Shown piece by piece: positions 29,585-41,832 of a DNA stretch of 64,000 bases. Made by a program: the position numbers and the translations under genes. Origin of the DNA: Candidatus Omnitrophota bacterium (GTDB lineage Bacteria; Omnitrophota; Gorgyraeia; Gygaellales; JAHJCI01). The notes beneath the pieces were generated by a model. That model saw only the letters and a list, made by a program, of their open reading frames with translations. It was not told the DNA's origin and searched no databases. Position 1 is the stretch's first letter. Each line of letters begins with the position of its first letter. The DNA is taken from assembly GCA_043812035.1 (NCBI GenBank), contig JBDRMR010000001.1, forward strand, positions 58 to 64,057. The letters are read 5' to 3'.

Positions 29585-30262
29585 ATCTAATAGTTCCGGT
29601 CTTCGCTGCCTTGTGATTTTTATTGCTTGCTTCTTTCTCCAGTCTTCTATCTTTTTGTGATTGCCGGAGAAAAGGATTAACGGCACTCTCATCCCTTTAT
29701 AGTTCGCCGGCCTGGTGTATTGAGGGTATTCTAATAAATTACCTTCAAATGACTCAAAATGCAAGGATTTTTTTTCGCCGAGAACGCCGGGAATCAACCG
29801 AGTCACGCTATCGATTACCACCATCGCCGGAAGCTCTCCGCCGGTGAGGACGTAATCTCCTATCGAAATCTCTTTATCAACCGGATGTCTCCTTACCCGC
29901 TCGTCCACCCCTTCGTAATGCCCGCAAATAAAAATCAGATGCTTGCACCGGGAGAGTTTTTTTGCTGTCTTCTGGTCAAACCTTTCGCCTTGGGGAGAAA
30001 GCAGAATAACCCTTGCCCCGGATTTTGGCTTTTTAGCCAAAATATGCTCAACAGCATTAAATATCGGCTCCGGCCGCATTACCATTCCCGGCCCTCCCCC
30101 GAACGGACGGTCGTCGACCTTGCGGTGCTTATCGGCGGAAAAATCCCTGAGGTTATGTACAAAAATTTTCACCTTGCCCTTTGCCTGCGCCCGCTTAATA
30201 ATCGATTCGTTCAAAATTGGCGCAAACATATTAGGAAAAATTGTGAGGATATCGATACGCAT
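29576..30262 (-). CDS. trmD: tRNA (guanine37-N1)-methyltransferase
   Basis: 228 aa. [14 protein letters not shown]-terminus and the SPOUT fold of TrmD. trmD-rplS order is conserved. Confidence 0.95.
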   Translation of the reverse strand: MRIDILTIFPNMFAPILNESIIKRAQAKGKVKIFVHNLRDFSADKHRKVDDRPFGGGPGMVMRPEPIFNAVEHILAKKPKSGARVILLSPQGERFDQKTAKKLSRCKHLIFICGHYEGVDERVRRHPVDKEISIGDYVLTGGELPAMVVIDSVTRLIPGVLGEKKSLHFESFEGNLLEYPQYTRPANYKGMRVPLILFSGNHKKIEDWRKKQAIKITRQRRPELLDSV

Positions 30263-30266
30263 AGGT

Positions 30267-31765
<1,499 letters not shown>

Positions 31766-32727
31766 ACCTTCCCCTCGAGCTGCGCTTCAGGTATCCGGCT
31801 TTTAACAGATACGGCTCGATTGCATCTATAATCGTGCCTGAATCCTCATTAAGGTTGGCCGCCAAAGCCTCTATTCCGACCGGGCCTCCGTCGTAATTCT
31901 CTAATATAATTTTTAAGAACCGGCGGTCTATTTCATCAAGCCCCCCGCCGTCAATGCCGAGAGACCCCATAGCACTATTTACCAAATCCAGCTCAATCTT
32001 ATCCTTCTTCTCTATCTGGGCGTAATCTCTAATGCGCCTCAATAACCGGTTAGCTACGCGCGGGGTCCCGCGGGAGCGCCTGGCAACTTCCGGAGACGCG
32101 GTCTTGTCTATTTTCACTCCTAAGTGTTTTGCGGAATTCTGAATAATCATAGATAATTCTTCGGGAGAGTAGAAATCCAGGTAGTAAAACATTCCGAACC
32201 GCCCTCTCAGAGGAGCCGATAGCAGGCCGGTGCGGGTCGTAGCTCCGACCAGAGTAAAGGACTTAAGATTGAACTTGATTGTCCTGGCATAAGGGCCTTT
32301 GTCAATCACAAAATCAATCTGAAAATTCTCCATTGCCGGATAAAGAAACTCTTCCACTACCTTAGAAAGACGGTGTATCTCGTCGATAAACAGAACGTCG
32401 TTTTTTTCTAAATTAGTCAAAATGCCTATTAAGTCTCCGGCGCGCTCGATAGCCGGACCGGAGGTTGCGGTTATCTTCGAGCCCATTTCACGGGCAATGA
32501 TGTGGGCTAAAGAGGTCTTGCCCAAACCGGGCGGTCCGCTTAACAGGACATGCTCTAAAGGCTCCTTTCTCTGCTTGGCGGCGGTTATGGCTACCTTAAG
32601 GTTCGACACTACATCCGACTGGCCGATAAATTCGCCGAGGGCCCGCGGCCTTAAAGAAAAATTAAAAATGGTATCGTCCTCTGTCTCTTTTGCCGCGATG
32701 TTTCTGTCCGGGGGCGTATCTTTTTTT

Positions 32728-33471
32728 CTATCTTCGCCGTTCATAAGGAATGATATTATTGGTGTTGCGGAAGATCTCGATTTGCCCGAAGAGCTCTCTC
32801 TGTCCGATAACAATCTCTTTAAGGCGAATTAACTCCAGAACAGCCAGGAAAGTTGCGATTATCTCCATTTTATTCTTGGCTTGCTCAAAAAGATGAGATA
32901 AAACCAATTCTTCTTTCTCCAGGAGTAAATGGAGAATGTCGTGAATCTTCTGCTCAACGGTAAATTCGTCTTTGACAACCTCATAAAATAACTCTCTGGG
33001 TACTTCCTTTAACGCCTGCGTGAATGCATTAATCAGATCGAAAATGCTCGCCTCAAAATATACTTCTTCCTCCTGCTTCGATTCCGGCAGGGGCAAAATG
33101 CGCCTGCGGCGAAAATGTTCCTTCTGCCTCTGTTCTCTCTGCCGCAGTTCTGACGCAATCTCTTTGAACCGCTGATATTCCAGTAATCTTTGAATCAGCT
33201 CTTCCCGGGGGTCATGTTCCTCCTCCTGTTGGATTTCCTCCTCTTTGGGAAGCAACATCCGGGATTTAATTTGCATTAACGTGGCGGCCATGACCAAAAA
33301 TTCCCCGGCGATATTTAAGTCCAGTAACCGCATCAATTCCAGATAAACCAAATACTGCTCGGTAACCTGGGCTATGGGAATATCGTAAATATTGAGGTGG
33401 TCTCTTTTTACTAAATACAAAAGCAGGTCTAACGGCCCTTCAAAAATATCGAGTTTAATTTTGTAAGCCAT
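32728..33471 (-). CDS. scpA: segregation and condensation protein A
   Basis: 247 aa. FEGPLDLLLYLVKRDHLNIYDIPIAQVTEQYL matches the ScpA N-terminus. Confidence 0.85.
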   Translation of the reverse strand: MAYKIKLDIFEGPLDLLLYLVKRDHLNIYDIPIAQVTEQYLVYLELMRLLDLNIAGEFLVMAATLMQIKSRMLLPKEEEIQQEEEHDPREELIQRLLEYQRFKEIASELRQREQRQKEHFRRRRILPLPESKQEEEVYFEASIFDLINAFTQALKEVPRELFYEVVKDEFTVEQKIHDILHLLLEKEELVLSHLFEQAKNKMEIIATFLAVLELIRLKEIVIGQRELFGQIEIFRNTNNIIPYERRR

Positions 33472-33480
33472 ATATTTAAT

Positions 33481-34476
33481 TTATTCGTAAACAAGCCCTA
33501 TTGCCTTTTTGATTTCCCCTATCGTTTGACCGGCGACGCCGGAGGCCCTGCGGCACCCTTCTTGAAGTATATTTTTCAATTGTTCCTTATCTTTAATAAA
33601 CGGTTCTCTTTTTTCCTGGTGAGCCTTAAGCCAATCAATTATCACGCCGGCAAGAATCCTTTTACATTCGGTGCAGCCTTTTTGCGCGTCCTTGCACCAA
33701 TTAAACGCTTCTTTTTCCCTCTCCCGGAGAAATACCTTATAGTAACTGAAAACATTGCACACGTCGGGATGCCCGGGGTCGGTAAGCTTTATCCTCTTGG
33801 AGTCGGTAACCATGTTCTGAATTTTTTTTCTGATGGTTTCCGCATCGTCGGAAAGATTCACCGTGTTGCCAAAACTCTTGCTCATCTTTCGGTTGTCCAG
33901 CCCAAGGAGCCGCGGCGATGCGGTAAGCAAGGCCTGAGGGTCGGGGAAAACTTTCTTTTTATACAGGCCGTTGAAACGGCGGGCAATCTCGCGGGTCAAT
34001 TCAAGATGAGGAAGCTGGTCCTCTCCTACGGGAACCCTGCTTGCTTTGTATAAAAGAATATCCGCTGCCTGTAAAACCGGATAGCCGAGAAACCCGTAAG
34101 TCTTAAGGTCCCGTTCGCTCTGTTCCCTCAACTGCTCTTTGTAAGTGGGGCAGCGCTCGAGCCAGCCCAAAGGAACCAGGCAGGAAAGTATCATATATAA
34201 TTCGAGGTGTTCGGCTACCTGAGATTGAATGAATATAGTAGATTTCCCCGGATCTATCCCCGCTGCCAGCCAATCGGCGACGTTATCCAGGACAGATTTA
34301 CAGATTACCGACGGAGCTTCGTATTCGCTCATCAAAGCGTGCCAATCCGCAACCATAAAGAAACATTCGTTATTTTTCTGTAATTCAACCCAATTATCCA
34401 GCGCTCCTACTAAATGGCCCAAGTGCAATTTTCCGGTAGGCCTCATTCCGCTTAATATTCGATTTTTCTTAAGCAT
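33481..34476 (-). CDS. trpS: tryptophan--tRNA ligase
   Basis: 331 aa. Class I HIGH (GKLHLGH) and KMSKS motifs. Confidence 0.95.
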   Translation of the reverse strand: MLKKNRILSGMRPTGKLHLGHLVGALDNWVELQKNNECFFMVADWHALMSEYEAPSVICKSVLDNVADWLAAGIDPGKSTIFIQSQVAEHLELYMILSCLVPLGWLERCPTYKEQLREQSERDLKTYGFLGYPVLQAADILLYKASRVPVGEDQLPHLELTREIARRFNGLYKKKVFPDPQALLTASPRLLGLDNRKMSKSFGNTVNLSDDAETIRKKIQNMVTDSKRIKLTDPGHPDVCNVFSYYKVFLREREKEAFNWCKDAQKGCTECKRILAGVIIDWLKAHQEKREPFIKDKEQLKNILQEGCRRASGVAGQTIGEIKKAIGLVYE

Positions 34477-36590
34477 TACAATTTTCTGGCGATTTTCTGA
34501 ATCTCGTACGCCTCTATTACGTCGCCTTCCCCGTAATCATCGAATCCGGCCAGGGAAATCCCGCACTCAAACCCTTCGGACGCCTCGCGAACATCGTCTT
34601 TATACCGCTTGAGGTTGGAAATCTTTCCTTCGAAAATAACCTGCTCGCCCCTGATTAAATATACCGTGGCAGAGCGGGGGATTTTACCCTTGGTAACGTA
34701 ACAGCCGGCTACCGTTCCGGCGCGGGAGAGATTAAAGACCTTGCGCACCTGAGCCCGGCCTAAAAATACCTTTTTTATTTTTGGCTCAAGCAGGCCTTCC
34801 AAAGCGCCTTTTATCTCGCTTATTAACTCGTATATGATATTGTAAGTCCTGACCTCTATGCCCTCGCGTTCGATTATCGCAGCCGCCCTCTCGTCCGGCT
34901 GAACGTGGAACCCCAGGATGAGCGCGTCTGTGACTTTAGCCAACATTACATCCGAGGTATTTATTGAGCCGATACCGCCATGGACAATCTGGAATTTGAC
35001 TTCGGAGGTCGCAAGCTTCTGGAGTGAATCCCGCACAGCTTCCAGCGAACCGCTCACGTCGGACTTAATGATTAGTCTTAGCTCCTTAATCTTGCCTTGC
35101 TTTATCTCCGAGTGCAGCTCTTCCAGAGATAGCCTCTTTACGGGCTGGAACTGGCGTTTCCGCTCTTTTTCCTGCCTCAAAGCGACGATTTCCCGGGCTT
35201 GCTTTTCATCGTTGACAACGTAAAATTCTTTGCCTACTTCGGGTAAGCCGGTCAATCCAAGAACCTCAACCGGCGTTCCCGGAAGCGCTTCGTCAATCCT
35301 TTTGCCCCGGTCATTAAACATCGCTTTTACCTTTGCGTAAACCAATCCGGAGATAAAAATATCGTTAAGATGCAAGGTGCCTTTCTCAACCAGCAATGTG
35401 GCGATGGGGCCGCGGTCCTTGTCGTGCCGGGATTCAATCACCACTCCCGAAGCGAGCTTCTGGTAATTCGCCTTAAGCTCCAGCATCTCCGCTTCCAAAA
35501 GTATCATTTCCAGTAATTCGTCAACGCCCTCCCCGGTCTTAGCCGAAACCCCGACAGTTATGGTTCTCCCCTGCCAGTCCTCGGGGGTCAAACCTAAATT
35601 ACTGAGCTGCTTCTTAACCCTTTCAATGTCAACCTGCGGCTTATCAATCTTATTTATCGCGACCACAATCGGAACTCCCGCAGCCTTAGCATGATCGATA
35701 GCTTCTATTGTCTGGGGCATAACCCCGTCGTCAGCGGCCACTACCAGCACTACGATATCGGTAATGTGTGCTCCGTGAGCGCGCATAGCCGTGAATGCCT
35801 CATGCCCCGGAGTGTCCAAAAATGTAATCTTGCCTTTGGGCAACGAGACCTCATAAGCTCCGATATGCTGTGTTATCCCGCCGTGTTCGCCATCGGTTAT
35901 ATTGGTTTTTCTAATAATATCCAACAGAGAAGTCTTGCCATGGTCGACATGCCCCATAAGAGTTACTACGGGCGAGCGCGGTTTTAAAAGGCGGTTGTCT
36001 TCATCCCCGCGATGCAAAGAGAGTATCTGTTCTTCCTTGTCGGGAGCGAGCTTTATTTTATAGCCGAATATTTCGCAGACCTTCGCAGCGTCTTCCTGGG
36101 ATAGCTGCTGATTTATCGTAACAAAGACCCTTGTCCGCATCGATTCCTGTATCAGGCGAGACGGCTTCACCTGCAATTTTACCGCCAGGTCCTTTACAGA
36201 AACGGGAAATTCAAGCTCCACCTCATTTTTAGCCAGCCCTTCCTCCTCGGCTATATGAGGGGCAGGTGCTTGCGGGAGCGGGGCTGCTTCCGGCTTTTTT
36301 TCGGAAGCGGTCCTGGCAGCAACAGGCTCGGCCGCGACAGGCTCTGGAACAATTTCTGCCGGCTTGGTAGGCGCGGCCGGCTGCTCAACAACCCTGACAG
36401 CCTCCTCCTGCTTGACCAGCTCTACGACGGGCTGCTTTTTAAGCCTTTGCGCCCTCTTCCTCGGCTTGACAGTCTTTGCAGGAGCGGGCTTCTGCGGCTG
36501 TTTCTTCTTAGCTACCCTCTTCTTTGCCGTTCTTGAAGCCGTCGTTCTTGGCTTTTTCTTTTTATCTGATTTTGATTCTTCCGATTTCAT
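34476..36590 (-). CDS. infB: translation initiation factor IF-2
   Basis: 704 aa. Basic/Ala-Pro-rich N-terminus. GTPase G-domain (GHVDHGKTSLLD, DTPGH). Conserved nusA-infB order. Confidence 0.95.
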   Translation of the reverse strand: MKSEESKSDKKKKPRTTASRTAKKRVAKKKQPQKPAPAKTVKPRKRAQRLKKQPVVELVKQEEAVRVVEQPAAPTKPAEIVPEPVAAEPVAARTASEKKPEAAPLPQAPAPHIAEEEGLAKNEVELEFPVSVKDLAVKLQVKPSRLIQESMRTRVFVTINQQLSQEDAAKVCEIFGYKIKLAPDKEEQILSLHRGDEDNRLLKPRSPVVTLMGHVDHGKTSLLDIIRKTNITDGEHGGITQHIGAYEVSLPKGKITFLDTPGHEAFTAMRAHGAHITDIVVLVVAADDGVMPQTIEAIDHAKAAGVPIVVAINKIDKPQVDIERVKKQLSNLGLTPEDWQGRTITVGVSAKTGEGVDELLEMILLEAEMLELKANYQKLASGVVIESRHDKDRGPIATLLVEKGTLHLNDIFISGLVYAKVKAMFNDRGKRIDEALPGTPVEVLGLTGLPEVGKEFYVVNDEKQAREIVALRQEKERKRQFQPVKRLSLEELHSEIKQGKIKELRLIIKSDVSGSLEAVRDSLQKLATSEVKFQIVHGGIGSINTSDVMLAKVTDALILGFHVQPDERAAAIIEREGIEVRTYNIIYELISEIKGALEGLLEPKIKKVFLGRAQVRKVFNLSRAGTVAGCYVTKGKIPRSATVYLIRGEQVIFEGKISNLKRYKDDVREASEGFECGISLAGFDDYGEGDVIEAYEIQKIARKL

Positions 36591-37777
36591 TTCGAACCCG
36601 ACAATTTTTTTGCTTCTTCCATTAACTTCTTTGCTTTTACTTTGCCGATTCCGTCTACCTTAAGAAGCTGTTCCGTATCGGCCCGGAGTAAATCTTGCAC
36701 GGTACTGAATCCTGCCGCCTTTAAGTTCTTCAATAATTTCTCCCCTATGCCCCCTATCTCGGTTAGCGGCATTCCTTCTTTATCTATCTTTGCGGACTCT
36801 ATTGAGGCTAATTCCGCCCTGACCCCCTCTTCTTCTTTTGCCTTTTTAGTGCGGATATCTAACTCCCAACCGACGAGGCGGCTGGCTAAACGGACATTTT
36901 GCCCTTGCTTTCCTATAGCCAGCGACAACTGATCATCGGCAACGATAACCTCGGCCCTCTGATTTTCCCTGTTTAAATGTATTTCCGAAATTTTTGCCGG
37001 AGCTAAGGCAGTGGAAATATACTCCCGCATATCATCGCTGTATCGCACGATATCTATCTTCTCCCCCCTAAGTTCATTAACAATGTTTTTGACCCGGTTG
37101 CCCCTCATACCCACGCAGGCTCCCACGGGGTCGACCTTTTCGTCTTTGGAATAAACCGTAATTTTAGTCCGTTCTCCCGGCTGCCTGGATATAGACTTAA
37201 TCTCTACGACGCCTTCGTAGATCTCGGGGATCTCCAGCTCAAAAAGCTTCTTAACGAAATTCGGGTGAGTGCGGGAGAGAATAATCTGCGGGCCCCGCGG
37301 TTCCTTTTTAACCTCAAGCAGATAAGTCCGTATACGCTCTCCCTGACGGAACTCTTCGCGCGGAGACTGCTCGCGGCGAAGCAAAATACCCTCTGCTTTG
37401 CCCAGAAGGTCAACGATAATATTGCCTCTTTCAAAACGATATACGGTTCCGCTGACTATGTTACCGACCTTTGCCTGGAATTCGGTAAACACAACTTCTT
37501 TCTCGGCCTCCCGGATTTTCTGTATTATTACCTGCCTGGCAGTCTGTGCGGCGATCCTGCCGAAATCAATAGAGGTGACCGGTCGGCCCTCACAGGTTGC
37601 CTTAATCTTTCCGGTTGCCCGGTCTATCTCTACCTTTAATTCCTGGTCGGGCTTAAGATTAATCGCCTTTTTTGCGGCAGAGACCAGAGCGCTCTCTACC
37701 GCCTGAATAAGCAGTTCTTTTTTTATGCCCTTCTCTCTTTCGATCTGTTCCAATATGGCTAAGATTTCTTCGCTCAT
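36587..37777 (-). CDS. nusA: transcription termination/antitermination factor NusA
   Basis: 396 aa. S1 and KH domains. C-terminal helix-hairpin-helix extension. Confidence 0.95.
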   Translation of the reverse strand: MSEEILAILEQIEREKGIKKELLIQAVESALVSAAKKAINLKPDQELKVEIDRATGKIKATCEGRPVTSIDFGRIAAQTARQVIIQKIREAEKEVVFTEFQAKVGNIVSGTVYRFERGNIIVDLLGKAEGILLRREQSPREEFRQGERIRTYLLEVKKEPRGPQIILSRTHPNFVKKLFELEIPEIYEGVVEIKSISRQPGERTKITVYSKDEKVDPVGACVGMRGNRVKNIVNELRGEKIDIVRYSDDMREYISTALAPAKISEIHLNRENQRAEVIVADDQLSLAIGKQGQNVRLASRLVGWELDIRTKKAKEEEGVRAELASIESAKIDKEGMPLTEIGGIGEKLLKNLKAAGFSTVQDLLRADTEQLLKVDGIGKVKAKKLMEEAKKLSGSK

Positions 37778-38277
37778 TTAAATTCCTCGACTATTTGTTT
37801 GGCCTTCCTGATTCTGTCAAAGGGAATTTGCCGGATTTGTCCCTCGGAATCGATATCCACTCCCGCGTCGGCGACCGAAACGATTACACCGGTAATCTCG
37901 CTTTTATCCAGCCCTTGCGTGCAAGGGTTGGGTTTATCCTCTTGGAACTGATTAAAAAATATTCTTACCTTCCGGTTTAGGCACCGGGAGAAATCTTCTT
38001 TGCCTATCAAAGGCCTGTCGATTCCCGGAGAGGAAACCTTTAAGGCGTAACTGCTCTGAATTAAATCTTCCTGATCCAGCAGTTGACTTATTGAGTTATT
38101 TATATAGGTGCATTTATCCATGGTAATTCCTCCACCGGGCACATCTACCAAAATTTGCAAAATACTTTTTTCCCCAGAAGGTATAAAGTTCAAGTCTACC
38201 AAAATGACGCCTTCCCTGTTTAGATAATCGCCGATTGTTGATTTTAATTTTTCTTGAAGTTCGTATTTATCTATCAT
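37774..38277 (-). CDS. rimP: ribosome maturation factor RimP
   Basis: 167 aa. Located immediately upstream of nusA (conserved rimP-nusA-infB). Motif LKVSSPGIDRPL. Confidence 0.85.
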   Translation of the reverse strand: MIDKYELQEKLKSTIGDYLNREGVILVDLNFIPSGEKSILQILVDVPGGGITMDKCTYINNSISQLLDQEDLIQSSYALKVSSPGIDRPLIGKEDFSRCLNRKVRIFFNQFQEDKPNPCTQGLDKSEITGVIVSVADAGVDIDSEGQIRQIPFDRIRKAKQIVEEFK

Positions 38278-38280
38278 TTC

Positions 38281-39531
38281 TTATTTTACCTGCAAGTGTT
38301 TGCGGACTTGTTCTAACAGCTCCCGCTCGGCCACGGCGATTCTCTTGCCGCCGCGACGGACCTTCAATTCTATCTCATTATGTTTGAGAAACTTTTCTCC
38401 GATAATTATCTGTAGCGGAATGCCCACTAAATCAGCGTCCTTAAACTTGATGCCTGCCCGCTCATCGCGGTCGTCCAAGAGAACCTCAAAGCCTCTCTTT
38501 TTTAGATTATTATAAACACCGAGTCCGGTTTCATAAACCTTTTTCTTATTTACCTCCAGCGGCAATATAACAATATCGAACGGAGCAACTTCTTTAGGCC
38601 AAACGATTCCGTTCTCGTCGTAATTTTGCTCGAGCATAGCCGGAATTAACCGGGAAACTCCGATACCGTAACAGCCCATAATGACCGGCCTTTTTCCCCC
38701 TTGCCGGTCAAGGACCTCCGCCTTAAAAACTTTGCTGTATTTGGTTCCTAACTGGAAAATATGCCCGACTTCAATGGTGTTTAATTTCTGCAATTCGTTG
38801 CTGCAATTGGGGCACTTAGGCCCAACTTCGGTCTGGCTCCTGAGAAATCCGCAACCGGGGCAGCATAAGATTATATCTTCACCGCTTTGGGCGGGCACCA
38901 TAAATTCGTGAGATAAACTGCCGCCCATTACGCCGGGGTCAGCCTCCAGTACCTTAAAATTCAAACCGCATCTGTTGAATATTCGTTTGTATCCGTCGAG
39001 CATCGTATCATAATTCCGCTTAAGGCCCTCTTCGTCCAGGTCAAAACTGTAAGCGTCTTTCATTATAAATTCGCAGGAACGGACCAAGCCAAACCTTGGG
39101 CGAATTTCATCCCGGAACTTAACCTGTATCTGATAAAGAATTAAGGGCAGCTGCTTGTAAGAAAAAACATGATTGCTAATTAACTCCGTTATTACCTCTT
39201 CGTGCGTCGGGCCGAGGCAGAGCTTGCGCCCCCGCCGGTCGGCAAAGCGAAACATCACCTCGCCTATCTCTTCGTCCCTGCCGGATTTCCTCCATAACTC
39301 CTCCGGCTGAAGCGCAGGTAGCAATAACTCCTGAGCTCCGCACGAATTCATTTCCTGGCGAACTATATTCTCGACTTTATCCAAGACCCTGAAACCCAGC
39401 GGCAGATATGAATAAACCCCCGCCATAAGGGACCGGCTGAGGCCCGCGCGCAACATTAACCGGTGACTTATCGATTCGGCCTCTTGCGGCGTCTCTTTTA
39501 GCGTTGGGATAAAAGATTTTGACCAGAACAT
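38281..39531 (-). CDS. proS: proline--tRNA ligase (class II, archaeal/eukaryote-like short type)
   Basis: Start taken at the internal Met MFWSKSFIPTLKE, which removes the 55-nt overlap with ispG. Class II motifs and a zinc-binding C-terminus. Confidence 0.9.
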   Translation of the reverse strand: MFWSKSFIPTLKETPQEAESISHRLMLRAGLSRSLMAGVYSYLPLGFRVLDKVENIVRQEMNSCGAQELLLPALQPEELWRKSGRDEEIGEVMFRFADRRGRKLCLGPTHEEVITELISNHVFSYKQLPLILYQIQVKFRDEIRPRFGLVRSCEFIMKDAYSFDLDEEGLKRNYDTMLDGYKRIFNRCGLNFKVLEADPGVMGGSLSHEFMVPAQSGEDIILCCPGCGFLRSQTEVGPKCPNCSNELQKLNTIEVGHIFQLGTKYSKVFKAEVLDRQGGKRPVIMGCYGIGVSRLIPAMLEQNYDENGIVWPKEVAPFDIVILPLEVNKKKVYETGLGVYNNLKKRGFEVLLDDRDERAGIKFKDADLVGIPLQIIIGEKFLKHNEIELKVRRGGKRIAVAERELLEQVRKHLQVK

Positions 39532-39560
39532 GACTCTCGCTCCCTTCGGTCGCCCGGGAG

Positions 39561-40691
39561 TTATCGGTTGCCGGTTCGCGGTTGACAGATTTCTTTCATT
39601 AACACATCCACGCACTTGTCGGTTGAAACTTTTCTAACCGCCTTTCCCTTTTTAAATAACAGTCCTTCTCTTTTTCCGAACGCAACTCCGATGTCTGCGT
39701 CCTTTGCTTCGCCCGGGCCGTTAACCACGCAGCCCATTACGGCCAATTTCATCGGCTGAGTAGCAAGTAGAGAGTGGCGAGTAGAGAGCTTATTTTCCAG
39801 ATTATTAACAATCTTAATTAAATCTACTTCGCATCTGCCGCAAGTGGGACAGCTGATAATCTCCGTCCTTGTGCGGGTTAAACCCAGAGCCTCTAAAATA
39901 CCGTATGCAGCCTTTACCTCGCTAACCGGATTATCGGTAAGCGATATTCTTATTGTATCACCAATACCCTCGGAAAGCAACCCCCCTATAACTATGGCCG
40001 ACTTTACGATGCCGGCGGAAGGCGGCCCGGCTGCGGTCACTCCTAAATGGAGGGGATAATCGCAGGATTTAGCAATCAGCCGGTTCGCTTCGATGGTAGT
40101 AAGAACGTCCGAGCCTTTTATAGAAACTACAATATTATCGAACCCTGTGCTTTCTAATAAGTTAATATAATCCAGAGCGCATTTTACCATAAGCTTTGCC
40201 GGATTTTTCGAGCCCCACCCCTGCGCACAGGCCTCGCTCTTGCGTGCAAAGGAGAGGCAGGGGCGGGGCGAGCAGTGAGTAATAGATCCGGAATTTACCC
40301 CCACCCTTATCGGTATTCGGGCTCGCTTCGCCGCCTTGGCAATTTCTCTAACCTCCTCTTTCTTATAGATATTGCCGGGGTTCAATCTGATTTTATCCAC
40401 TCCGCTCTCAATAGCGGCGAGCGCCAATCTTTTATCAAAATGTATATCCGCTACCAGCGGAACGGCAATCCTCTGCTTTATCTTCTTTAGGTTTGCGGCA
40501 TCATTGTTATCTCTGACCGCGACGCGGATAATCTGGCAACCCCAACCTTGAAGTCTTTCTATCTCTTTTAAGGTAGCGTGTAAATCAGAGGTAAACGTTT
40601 TAACCATCGATTGAACGGCTATAGGTTTACCTGCCCCTATTGCGATGCCGCCTATTTTTATTTCCCGGGTTTTTCGTCGTTTTATTTTCAT
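39561..40691 (-). CDS. ispG: 4-hydroxy-3-methylbut-2-en-1-yl diphosphate synthase (IspG/GcpE)
   Basis: 376 aa. IKIGGIAIGAGKPIAVQSM N-terminal TIM barrel. C-terminal 4Fe-4S cysteines (CPTCGRC). Confidence 0.9.
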   Translation of the reverse strand: MKIKRRKTREIKIGGIAIGAGKPIAVQSMVKTFTSDLHATLKEIERLQGWGCQIIRVAVRDNNDAANLKKIKQRIAVPLVADIHFDKRLALAAIESGVDKIRLNPGNIYKKEEVREIAKAAKRARIPIRVGVNSGSITHCSPRPCLSFARKSEACAQGWGSKNPAKLMVKCALDYINLLESTGFDNIVVSIKGSDVLTTIEANRLIAKSCDYPLHLGVTAAGPPSAGIVKSAIVIGGLLSEGIGDTIRISLTDNPVSEVKAAYGILEALGLTRTRTEIISCPTCGRCEVDLIKIVNNLENKLSTRHSLLATQPMKLAVMGCVVNGPGEAKDADIGVAFGKREGLLFKKGKAVRKVSTDKCVDVLMKEICQPRTGNR

Positions 40692-40722
40692 TTTTTAAAC
40701 TTTCGATACCGCGCTCGTTGCG

Positions 40723-41814
40723 CTATCGGAAAAATCTTGACCACCATTCGGAAACCCTGGTAAATACTTCGTATCTTAATAAATCGTTATAAAATACGAA
40801 AATCGTCAACAGTAATATTAAGCTGTATCCGACCTTAATTATCATCGTCTCCGTCCGGCTGCTTAAGCGCCGCCCCCTTATCTTCTCGATAAGAAGAAAC
40901 AGAAGGTTGCCGCCGTCCAGGACCGGCAGGGGCAGCAAATTGAAAATCGCCAGAGCCATGCTGATGAGCGCGGTAACGTTGATGAGGGGCACAATGCCCA
41001 AATAAGCTGCTTCCTTAGTGATAAAAAACACGCCCAGCGGGCCTGTTATTGATTGACGAAACGAAACCCTGCCCAGAATAATCCAAACCAAAGACTTAAG
41101 GGTAAGCCAGGTAAAATATAACAACCTCCCTCCCGCCTGAAAAAAAGATTTAATGGGGCCGTATCTTATTCTGGTAATTTCGCCCTCCGGCTCAATCCCG
41201 ATTATGCCGATGGTCTTTTTTTCTCCCCATATGGTATCTATTTCCTTTTGTTTTATCCTCACGGGAATGCTCAACTCTTTATTGCCGCGCAGGACCGAAA
41301 TTGTAACCGTCTGGTCTTCGCTGCCCTTCTGGACAATCTCCTGCAATTCTTCCCAGATTTCTACTTTCTGCCCGTCTACCGCAATAATATTATCTTGCGC
41401 CTGCATACCCGCCTCCTCTGCGCCGTAATTTTCCATTACCTTGCCGACGCGGCAGGTTAAAGCGGGAAAACCCCAGAGGAAAATAAACCAGAAACAGATA
41501 AACGCTAAGACATAATTAAATAACGGTCCGAAGAAAATTATCCTCGCCCTCTGCCCTACGGCCTTAGCGAGATATTCGTCGGGCTGAAATTTGGATTCTT
41601 CGGGATTACCTTCCGCCAACTTTACATAAGCGCCCACGGGGAAGGCGCAGAGCATATACTCTGTTCCGCCCTTTTTCAAACCGATAACCTTGGGTCCGAA
41701 ACCCACCGAAAATTGCTCGACCCTTACACCCGCTTTTTTAGCGGCAATAAAATGGCCGAATTCGTGCACGATGACTATCGCGCTGAATACTGCAATAAAG
41801 ATAAGTATTGACAT
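40723..41814 (-). CDS. rseP: RIP metalloprotease RseP (site-2 protease, M50 family)
   Basis: 363 aa. HEFGHFIAAK zinc motif, a PDZ domain, multiple TM segments. dxr-rseP order is conserved. Confidence 0.85.
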   Translation of the reverse strand: MSILIFIAVFSAIVIVHEFGHFIAAKKAGVRVEQFSVGFGPKVIGLKKGGTEYMLCAFPVGAYVKLAEGNPEESKFQPDEYLAKAVGQRARIIFFGPLFNYVLAFICFWFIFLWGFPALTCRVGKVMENYGAEEAGMQAQDNIIAVDGQKVEIWEELQEIVQKGSEDQTVTISVLRGNKELSIPVRIKQKEIDTIWGEKKTIGIIGIEPEGEITRIRYGPIKSFFQAGGRLLYFTWLTLKSLVWIILGRVSFRQSITGPLGVFFITKEAAYLGIVPLINVTALISMALAIFNLLPLPVLDGGNLLFLLIEKIRGRRLSSRTETMIIKVGYSLILLLTIFVFYNDLLRYEVFTRVSEWWSRFFR

Positions 41815-41832
41815 AGTTAATTGACCTTTTTT

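Noticed and set aside
38281-39615. proS-ispG 55-nt overlap as a frameshift
   Set aside because: It is resolved by using the internal Met (MFWSKSF...), which matches the conserved ProRS N-terminus and leaves a 30-nt spacer.
40692-40722. Imperfect hairpin cgatagcgc...gcgcggtatcg in the rseP-ispG spacer as an intrinsic terminator
   Set aside because: The stem is short and imperfect, and no U-run follows on the transcribed strand. It was not annotated.
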